Virus record (IMG/VR): IMGVR_UViG_3300044712_000688 | Span: 64,001 to 128,000 of that record | Reading direction: 5' to 3' (one strand) | Length of the DNA stretch: 64,000 bases | Source of the DNA: a virus | Part shown: positions 16,411-23,987 of the stretch, piece by piece | Position numbering within the stretch: position 1 is the stretch's first letter | How the letters are laid out: each line of letters opens with the position of its first letter | Position numbers and translations under genes: made by a program | The notes under the pieces: generated by a model | What the model saw: only the letters and a program-made list of their open reading frames with translations | The model's database searches: none | Told to the model about the DNA's origin: nothing

Positions 16411-18692
16411 AGCCTGGATTAGATCAGGACGCTCCAGATTTAGACCGAATCAAGAGCATCCTAGATAAGTACCGTACTAAGCCAACTGCCACAGAGACTG
16501 TACGTCCATCTGTAGCCGAAGGCGAGCCGGGATCTAGAACTAATCCACTCGAACTTACTCAGGAGCAACTTGATGAAAAGCTTGCCTCTGTAACCGAGAC
16601 TAACAAGGCTGCGGCTTCCAGTGTTTTGTCTAGCGTACTAGACAAACTGCGCAATCCTAGAAGCATCAAAGATTGGGTACAAAAGTGGAAGAGAGACGGT
16701 AACCGACCTCTCCCAGTCAACCCTGCAAGTGAGACCCACTACACCGGCCCCAACCTATTGGTCTTGGAAAACGCAGCTTCAGAAAACGGATTCAGCGACC
16801 CTAGATGGATGAGTGCGTCTCAGGTTGCTCAGGCTGGAGGAACAATCCCAGCTGGAACCAAGGGTACTCAGATTCTTGTACCTAGCTTCTTTGTAACCAC
16901 CCGTGACGGCAAGGTTGTCGAGCACTTTGAGTTTAGAAAAGTCACTGTTTTTAATGGTGATCAGATTCAAGGAATCGCTCCATACAACGCTGACGAAAAC
17001 AAGTCCTACACCGCAAAAGAGGCTGTAGATATCATCCTTGACAGAATGCGTGAAGCAGCCGAGCTTCGAGGTGTCAAGGCTCCTGAAATGTTTGGTATTC
17101 AGCTAGATGAAAACCAGAATCCACGCTGGATGCCTAACTATCGCGGAGAAGTTGATAGGATCCGACTACCACTCCGAGCAAACTTTGATAGCGATGAGTC
17201 TTGGTTTAATGCCATTACCCACGAACTAATTCACAGCACGGGTAGAACCAACCGACTTAACCGAGAAGAAGTTAAGAAGGCACTAGATGGAAACAGCAAT
17301 GCCTACGCAGAAGAAGAGCTAACTGCCGAGCTAGGCTCCATGCTTCTATCAAAGATGTTTGGTCTTGACGCTGACCAAGATAACTCAATCAGCTACTTGC
17401 TCACTCACATTAGAAACCTAGATGGCATTGACGCGGATAAGGCCGTGACTGATGCCATGACTAGGGCACAGCTAGCTGCCGACTACCTGCTTGGTAACGA
17501 TGTTCTTCCTCAGTGGAACCCGCTGAAGACTAAGGTTGCCCCGACCCCACAGTCGGTAAGAATGGCGTCTACTACTCCAGAAGACTCGAGCCTGAACCCA
17601 GACACTAATCCTGATTCAGTTGATGCTCCTCTAGTAGGACTTGACCAAGCCCCGGGCAAGAAGCCTTTCAACCGCGCTAAGTCCGTGTCTGACAGCAAGG
17701 ATGCTAAAGAGCGAGTTCTATCTGGACTACTGGAAAAGATTAAAGAAGGTAAGGCTCCTTGGCGTAAGCCATTTAAGGATGACGCTAACTATGCTGGTGC
17801 ATTCGTTCCGCGTAACCCAGCATCGAAGCACATTTACAGCGGTATTAACTCGATTGTTCTTAAGCTGTACCAGCAGTTGTCTGGGTATGACGATCCTCGC
17901 TGGATGACCTACAACCAAGCCACAGAATTAGGTGGTCAGGTTCGTAAGGGCGAGAAAGGTGTACAAATCCTTGTTCCTTATAAGAGGGTCAAGAAAGAGA
18001 AGGATTCCTCAACTGGAGAAGAGAAGGTAACTGGTAGTTACGTAACATTTGGTGTAAAGACCGTGTTCAATGTTGAGCAGATTGATGGTCTAAACCTGCC
18101 TACCGTCAAGGCCGAGGCTGGAGAGCCTAAGACCCCGCTCGAGGCACAAGACTTCATTCTTGAGCGCTACCAAAAGTCAATGGAGGCCAAGGGTCTAAAG
18201 GCTCCTGAAATTTCATATACATATGTAGGTCAGTACGGTAGCCACTCATCTTCTCCAAACTGGGACCCAAGTTTCGACATGATTACCCTCCCAACCAAGG
18301 AGCAGTTCAATAGCCCAGAGGATATGTTTGACACCATTGCCCATGAGCTTGCTCACTCGACCGGACACAGGGATCGCCTTGACCGCACCGAGCTAACCAA
18401 GAACTATGGAACAAGCAATGCAGCCCGAGGTGAGGAAGAGCTTATTGCAGAAATCTCTGCAGCAATCCTAGCCAGCATGTTCGGTGTTAACAGCGACTTT
18501 GACAATACCGCGGCCTATGTAAAGAGTTGGCTAAAAGCACTACAGGATAACCCTGATATGGTTATGAAAGCCTCTTCTGAAGCTCAGAAGGTAGTAGACT
18601 ATTTGCTAGGTATGGATCTGGGAGACTGGAGCCCTATCGAGGGTTACCGAGCATCAAACAAATCTAAATCAGATGGAGACTCAGATGAGTAA
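16386..18692 (+). CDS. ardC: Tandem ArdC-like protein (2x ssDNA-binding DUF1738 plus zincin metallopeptidase), probably the -1 frameshift extension of the giant protein
   Basis: PVNPASETHYTGPN..PRWM and PRNPASKHIYSGIN..PRWMTYNQA..GGQVRKGEKG; HELIH and HELAH HExxH motifs each followed by EEELxAE; frame open 80 codons upstream of the track's TTG 16626, which lacks an RBS. Confidence 0.85.
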   Translation, partial: SLAPNEGAEPGLDQDAPDLDRIKSILDKYRTKPTATETVRPSVAEGEPGSRTNPLELTQEQLDEKLASVTETNKAAASSVLSSVLDKLRNPRSIKDWVQKWKRDGNRPLPVNPASETHYTGPNLLVLENAASENGFSDPRWMSASQVAQAGGTIPAGTKGTQILVPSFFVTTRDGKVVEHFEFRKVTVFNGDQIQGIAPYNADENKSYTAKEAVDIILDRMREAAELRGVKAPEMFGIQLDENQNPRWMPNYRGEVDRIRLPLRANFDSDESWFNAITHELIHSTGRTNRLNREEVKKALDGNSNAYAEEELTAELGSMLLSKMFGLDADQDNSISYLLTHIRNLDGIDADKAVTDAMTRAQLAADYLLGNDVLPQWNPLKTKVAPTPQSVRMASTTPEDSSLNPDTNPDSVDAPLVGLDQAPGKKPFNRAKSVSDSKDAKERVLSGLLEKIKEGKAPWRKPFKDDANYAGAFVPRNPASKHIYSGINSIVLKLYQQLSGYDDPRWMTYNQATELGGQVRKGEKGVQILVPYKRVKKEKDSSTGEEKVTGSYVTFGVKTVFNVEQIDGLNLPTVKAEAGEPKTPLEAQDFILERYQKSMEAKGLKAPEISYTYVGQYGSHSSSPNWDPSFDMITLPTKEQFNSPEDMFDTIAHELAHSTGHRDRLDRTELTKNYGTSNAARGEEELIAEISAAILASMFGVNSDFDNTAAYVKSWLKALQDNPDMVMKASSEAQKVVDYLLGMDLGDWSPIEGYRASNKSKSDGDSDE

Positions 18693-18852
18693 AGAAAAGC
18701 CTGACATGCTAGGCGGATATACTGAGAATGATCCTGAGTATTGGACTCTTTTAGCCAAAATTATTGGTAATCCAGTACCAGATTACGAAGATGACAGTGA
18801 ATTCGTTGACGAAAACGGCGTTGTTATCAAAGATATCACACCTGATAAATAA
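18685..18852 (+). CDS. 55-aa acidic protein (not in ORF track)
   Basis: ATG 18685 with GGAGA RBS overlapping the ArdC stop; MSKEKPDMLGGY...ITPDK. Confidence 0.6.
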   Translation: MSKEKPDMLGGYTENDPEYWTLLAKIIGNPVPDYEDDSEFVDENGVVIKDITPDK

Positions 18853-18871
18853 ATCACTTTGATAAATAACG

Positions 18872-18879
18872 GGTAAAAT
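18872..18879 (+). promoter_or_regulatory. GGTAAAAT late-promoter-like motif
   Basis: Intergenic, upstream of 18914 gene. Confidence 0.55.
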
Positions 18880-18913
18880 TAGTCTAGGGTTTCTGACTTT
18901 ATAGGATTGATGG

Positions 18914-21028
18914 ATGAACCACCTAATCGGCCGCTCTGGCGAACTAGCATTCTATGCTAACAATACACACGGTGTAGTGATCAACACTGCCGTAGGAGCT
19001 GTCGTCGCTAGCGGTGTAGCCCTCGACATTTTCGCAGAAAACAAATGGGAAACCTCGGGTACCCCCCTTACTCCGGCTGAAAAACTGCTTGCCGATAAGG
19101 TTCTAGCCAACCTAGAAGAAGAAGCCATCGTTGCTTCTGCAGACAGAATGTACACCATTCCTAAGTCTGTAGAGGCAGAGGCAAAGAAAGCTTTAGAGTG
19201 GCGTAAGGAAGAAGGCCGAGGAGGGACTCCTGTTGGCCTAAACACTGCTCGCACGCTTGCTAAGGGCGGTCAGATCGGTATCCGCAAGATTCGCCACATT
19301 GCTAAGTACTTCCCTCGTCACGAAGTTGATAAGAAGGGTAAAGGCTGGAAGCCTGGCCAAGATAACTTCCCATCTAACGGTCGTATCGCATGGGCACTTT
19401 GGGGTGGAGACGCCGCTTGGCGTTGGGCACGTGCAATCGTTGAGCGCGAAGATAAGAAAGAGAAGTCAGTCACTGCTGGTGGTGGCTACACTGTCTCTAA
19501 CTATGTAGATCAGGTCAACTACCCTAAGCAGAACGAAGAGCTAAACCCGTTCAAGTACGCTCATGAGCTTGATGAAAACTACGGCCCAGAATTCTTGGCT
19601 CGAGTTTGCCTAGATGGTTCTGGTATTGACCGACTTTACATGATAGACATAGACGGCTCGGTCTACGTCTGGGACGACGCTTGCTGGGACAACCTAGGTC
19701 ACGTTGATGGTGACATCTGGACATACGACCGTATGTTGGATGATGTCTATGATCTAGAGGAAAAGTCTCACGTAATTATTGACCCTCAGTCTGCTCTTAT
19801 GATTGCAGCTCGTATGGCTGTAGACCCATACTGCAAGACTTCTGTCTTTGATCTAGATGCTGATGAAGCTTCTTTAATGGAGGCTGGTATTGGTGGCGAA
19901 GACTGGGAGTTTATTGACCAAGTAATTACTGCCGCAGCCCCTACCAACCAAGACGGCAACTACACTCCAGAAGAGCGTTCAGCAAACGCTGGTAACCAGC
20001 CTCGAGACGCTATGGGCCAGTTTGCTAAGGTAGGCCAGAAGGTAGCTATCGGTGGAGACGCTGCTAGAGGTTCTGGCACAATCCGCGACATTGATGGTGC
20101 TACTGGTATTGTTACCGTTGACCTTGCTGATGGACGAACTGTAAAGGTTGGTTCTAAGTACCTAGTCCCTGCAGAAAAGGCAAGTAGTCGTCCAAACTCT
20201 TTGCGTGTTGATGATGCAAATAAAGCTCCTATGGACTTCTCTGGGATCATTGGCGAGCCTCGTACTCCTCAGAACAGCAAGAAGGCCCACCTTCCGGGAA
20301 CTCTACCAAAGCTAGATGTCAATGAATTTATCAACAACTACGCTTCTTGGGTGGAGAAGGAACGCTACAAGCCAAGGAGCGCAGCTGACAAGGCTGCGGT
20401 CAAGAAGCGTTGGCCAAATGCCAAGTTCACAGATGCATCTATCATTGCCTCTGCCGAAGAGAAGATTCTCACTCCTTCAACTTCTGACGTAACCCCTAGG
20501 TACCTAGCTATCGTTGCTCAGGAAGACCCTGAAGCAATGGTTGATCTAGTAGCAATTATTCCTAAGACCGCTACTTCCACTTCTCCAATTGCCTACAAGC
20601 GTGAGGGAGATAAGTGGGTTCAGGATGACCAGACCCTAGCAGACCTTCGTTCAGCAACTAAGCCTCCAGTAGTAGAGCTAGATAAAGAATCCCTAAAGGA
20701 TGTTCTATCTCAGATGTCTGAGAACAAGCCTACAGAAGAGACTGCTCCAGAAGCGGTTATGGCTAGCTTGCTTACTGTCCTCGATGCTTTTGTGGCAGCA
20801 GGTGGAGCTGATAAGAACCGTGGCAACGCAGAAAAACTTCGTCGCTACTGGGTATATGGAGAAGGTGCTGCCAAGATCCGCTGGGGCCAGCCTGGAGACT
20901 GGAAGCGTTGTGTACGCTACCTAGCTAAGCACCTAGGCCCACGTGCAAAGGGATACTGCCAACTTCGTCACAAGGATGCCCTTGGCTACTACACCGCAAC
21001 CCATGCGAAAAGAGACCGTAATGGCTAA
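18914..21028 (+). CDS. Multi-domain head morphogenesis protein
   Basis: GRGGTPVGL..YFPRHEVD..IAWALWGGDA domain, QPRDAMGQF motif and C-terminal YWxxGxGAAKIRWG domain; head-module position. Confidence 0.7.
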   Translation: MNHLIGRSGELAFYANNTHGVVINTAVGAVVASGVALDIFAENKWETSGTPLTPAEKLLADKVLANLEEEAIVASADRMYTIPKSVEAEAKKALEWRKEEGRGGTPVGLNTARTLAKGGQIGIRKIRHIAKYFPRHEVDKKGKGWKPGQDNFPSNGRIAWALWGGDAAWRWARAIVEREDKKEKSVTAGGGYTVSNYVDQVNYPKQNEELNPFKYAHELDENYGPEFLARVCLDGSGIDRLYMIDIDGSVYVWDDACWDNLGHVDGDIWTYDRMLDDVYDLEEKSHVIIDPQSALMIAARMAVDPYCKTSVFDLDADEASLMEAGIGGEDWEFIDQVITAAAPTNQDGNYTPEERSANAGNQPRDAMGQFAKVGQKVAIGGDAARGSGTIRDIDGATGIVTVDLADGRTVKVGSKYLVPAEKASSRPNSLRVDDANKAPMDFSGIIGEPRTPQNSKKAHLPGTLPKLDVNEFINNYASWVEKERYKPRSAADKAAVKKRWPNAKFTDASIIASAEEKILTPSTSDVTPRYLAIVAQEDPEAMVDLVAIIPKTATSTSPIAYKREGDKWVQDDQTLADLRSATKPPVVELDKESLKDVLSQMSENKPTEETAPEAVMASLLTVLDAFVAAGGADKNRGNAEKLRRYWVYGEGAAKIRWGQPGDWKRCVRYLAKHLGPRAKGYCQLRHKDALGYYTATHAKRDRNG

Positions 21029-23861
21029 CGAACAAGAATTCCTTATGGAAGAGATTTTGACCAAGAATTACGGTGTTCCTACGGAGATCACCGATGAAGA
21101 TCTATTGATGCCTATCGAAGACATCATGTTTGAAGATGATGACATCTACGATGACTCTTGGGAGCCAGACGAGGAAACTTGCCGTCAGCTAGCCGAGCTA
21201 GCGGATTGCGATGACGAAGAATATGCGTCCCTTATTGCTGCTGGTGGCCTAGACCGTAACCGTGGTAACGCAGAGGAGCTTCGCCAGTACTGGACTCGCG
21301 GTAAGGGCGCTGCCAAGATTCGCTGGGGTACCCCTGGCGATTGGACTCGTTGCGTTCGTCAGCTTTCAAAGTACATGGGCCCACGCGCTAAGGGCTATTG
21401 CCAGCTACGCCACAAGGACGCGACTGGTATCTACACTGGTAGCCGATTCAACCCGGGCCGTCGTAATGAAACCTCTAGCCTATATGCAAGCGAAGCTGAG
21501 TTTACCCAGTCGGTTATCGCTCAGGCAGAACTTACTGCTAGAGCGAACCACGCTAGAGAGCGTTTCGGTCTAGTTGCAAGTGCTGGTATGCAACACGGTG
21601 CAAAGTTCAACATTCCTCTACTGATCCCAGAAGACTTGGAGTCAGGAGATGGCCGTAAGTTTGTGAAGGACTCTCTATCAGTTCGAGAGCTTCCACTTCC
21701 ACTTCTATGGCAGATCAAGACCGGCGACGGTCACATGGGGTCTGTGGTGGTTGGACGTATTGATTACGTAGAAAGAACCGAAAACGGTATTGGAAATGCC
21801 TATGGTGTTTTTGATACAGGAGCATATGGTCAAGAAGCAGAGCGTCTAGTACGTAACGGATTTATCCGTGGTGTTTCTGCAGATCTTGACCAGTTCGAAG
21901 CAGAAGAAGATAAGACTGAAAATGCTGAGGACACCGAAGACGTAGGTAAGAAGAAGTTAACCATAAATCACGCCCGTGTAATGGCTGCTACAATTGTAGC
22001 TAAGCCTGCATTCCAAGAATGCACTATCTCTATTGAAGAAAAACCAGCGGGAGACCAGGAGGATGAAGTGATTCCAGTTGACGGAATATATGAAGAATCC
22101 GTCGAACAAGAATTCTCTGGCACATCGCTAGTTGCTTCAGGATTCATTGACGGCGAGATTCCTATGACACCACCAGCAGAGTGGTTCAAGGATCCTAAGC
22201 TAACTAAGCCAACCCCAATCACCGTTGACCCTTCTGGTCGTATCTACGGTCACATTGCAGCTTGGCACGTAAACCACATTGGCATGCCTCGCTCTACCCG
22301 CCCACCTCGCTCAAAGAGCAAGTACGCATACTTCCACACTGGTGTAGTCCGCTGTGCTGACGGAACTGACATGCCAGTGGGACAGTTAACTCTTGCTGGT
22401 GGACACGCACCTCTAACTGCTAACGCTGCTTCTGCAGCTAAGCACTACGACGACACCGCTTCTGCGATTGCAGATGTTCACATGGGTGAAGACGAGTATG
22501 GAATCTGGTGTGCTGGCTCGGTACGTCCAGACGCAACCGAGATGCAGATTCGCGCACTTCGCGCTTCTGCTCCTTCTGGCGACTGGCGTCCAATTAATGG
22601 CTCGCTCGAGCTTGTTGCAGTTTGTCAGGTAAACGTTCCAGGCTTCCCGATTGCTCGCGCAATGGTTGCTTCAGGTAAGGTTATGGCTCTAGTTGCAGCT
22701 GGTGCAAGCATGATGGCAATCATGAAGAGTCAGCACGTAGCAACCCTATCTGAGCGTGCATACAACCTAGCTGAACTTTCAGCTAGCGCCCCAGACCTAC
22801 GTTCTCGTGTAAAGTCTGCAAAGAAGGCTGTAAAGAAGCAGGCTCTAGTTGCTGCTGCTGCTAAGGCAGAAGAACTAAAGACCCGTGCTCTAGTTGCTGC
22901 TGCCGTTGCCGAGCTAGCTAAGTTCTCTGACGAAGAGAGAATGAAGCTTGCTGACAAGGGTCAGGCTCTACCAGATGGTTCGTTCCCAGTGCGCAACGAA
23001 CAGGATCTCCGTAATGCTATCCAAGCATATGGACGTGCAAAGCGAGAGAACCGAGTAGCTGTCCGCAAGCACATTATCAAGCGAGCTAAGGCTCTAGGTA
23101 AGGCATACCTGATTCCAGATGAGTGGAAGTCAGCTGGTTCTACCGAGGCCGCGACAATCGTTGCTTCGATGCGTTCTCGTATCGCAGAATTTGCAGAAGC
23201 CCCGATCAAGGAGATTTCTGACGCAGACCTAAAGAAGCTGAAGGATGTAAAGGCCGAAGCTGACAAGCAGACTGCAGAAGAGATCAAGCTCGCTGAGGAT
23301 ATTCGTACTGGTAAGACTACTGCCAAGGAAGTCTATGACAAAGAAGGTCGTAGCAAGTACACCCCAAAAACCCAACCCCGTGACGCTAAAGGTAAGTACC
23401 GCAAGGTTCTTGCTCGACTAAAGCAGAACCTAGGTGTGGCGGGGCTTCAGAAGGCTTTGGAAAAGGTAGAAAAGGCAGAAAACCTAGAGTTTGCTGGCGA
23501 CTACGTAAACTCAGCCAAGGCTAGTAGCGAGCTACTAGGAATGATTGATCGTCTAGATACTAAGGCCCTAAACCCTAAGTCTCTAGAAAACGTCCGCTCA
23601 ACAGCGGCCGAACTAGGCAAGACAATTGCCAACCTTCCATTGCCATTCGGCAAGGAAGCTCAGAAAGTTAGATTTAGCGATCTACCTGCCGGACTAAAGA
23701 CACTCATCGATGGGATGATTTCTCGAGTCGAAGCAAAGATCGGTAAAGAGGACGCAGATATTGCAACCGCAAATCTGAAGTCCTTCATGTCTGGTGCAGA
23801 TGTCTATTCTCAGGCTGAAATTCAGTCAGAGATGAACACCCTGCTCCGACTCCTTACCTAA
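21021..23861 (+). CDS. Capsid maturation (prohead) protease-containing multi-domain protein
   Basis: GDGRKF..LPLPLLWQ..GHMGSVVVGRID protease-like segment, GRIYGHIAAW..SGDWR..VNVPGFP domain, ALPDGSFPVRN (DUF6582-like); directly upstream of capsid; ATG 21021 preferred. Confidence 0.75.
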   Translation: MANEQEFLMEEILTKNYGVPTEITDEDLLMPIEDIMFEDDDIYDDSWEPDEETCRQLAELADCDDEEYASLIAAGGLDRNRGNAEELRQYWTRGKGAAKIRWGTPGDWTRCVRQLSKYMGPRAKGYCQLRHKDATGIYTGSRFNPGRRNETSSLYASEAEFTQSVIAQAELTARANHARERFGLVASAGMQHGAKFNIPLLIPEDLESGDGRKFVKDSLSVRELPLPLLWQIKTGDGHMGSVVVGRIDYVERTENGIGNAYGVFDTGAYGQEAERLVRNGFIRGVSADLDQFEAEEDKTENAEDTEDVGKKKLTINHARVMAATIVAKPAFQECTISIEEKPAGDQEDEVIPVDGIYEESVEQEFSGTSLVASGFIDGEIPMTPPAEWFKDPKLTKPTPITVDPSGRIYGHIAAWHVNHIGMPRSTRPPRSKSKYAYFHTGVVRCADGTDMPVGQLTLAGGHAPLTANAASAAKHYDDTASAIADVHMGEDEYGIWCAGSVRPDATEMQIRALRASAPSGDWRPINGSLELVAVCQVNVPGFPIARAMVASGKVMALVAAGASMMAIMKSQHVATLSERAYNLAELSASAPDLRSRVKSAKKAVKKQALVAAAAKAEELKTRALVAAAVAELAKFSDEERMKLADKGQALPDGSFPVRNEQDLRNAIQAYGRAKRENRVAVRKHIIKRAKALGKAYLIPDEWKSAGSTEAATIVASMRSRIAEFAEAPIKEISDADLKKLKDVKAEADKQTAEEIKLAEDIRTGKTTAKEVYDKEGRSKYTPKTQPRDAKGKYRKVLARLKQNLGVAGLQKALEKVEKAENLEFAGDYVNSAKASSELLGMIDRLDTKALNPKSLENVRSTAAELGKTIANLPLPFGKEAQKVRFSDLPAGLKTLIDGMISRVEAKIGKEDADIATANLKSFMSGADVYSQAEIQSEMNTLLRLLT

Positions 23862-23868
23862 AAAATAA

Positions 23869-23876
23869 GGTACAAT
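23869..23876 (+). promoter_or_regulatory. GGTACAAT late-promoter-like motif upstream of major capsid
   Basis: Variant of the repeated motif, in the same AATAA...TTAG context. Confidence 0.55.
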
Positions 23877-23987
23877 TAGTGATAGGTGGAGCGCCTCGCA
23901 CATTCCGTGCTGAGTCCCTCAGCCTTGACTGTTCACCATGAATGGGATCTTCCTATTCATAAAACCAATACTGGCCTAGGAGGTACA

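Noticed and set aside
23363-23369. Second in-frame C CCA AAA heptamer in the protease gene
   Set aside because: The -1 frame hits TGA after four codons and there is no downstream hairpin; it simply encodes T-P-K.
23886-23987. Longer upstream starts given by the ORF track (also 2588, 10174, 10945, 20943, 41013)
   Set aside because: Downstream starts have better RBSs or stop-start coupling, so those were used instead.
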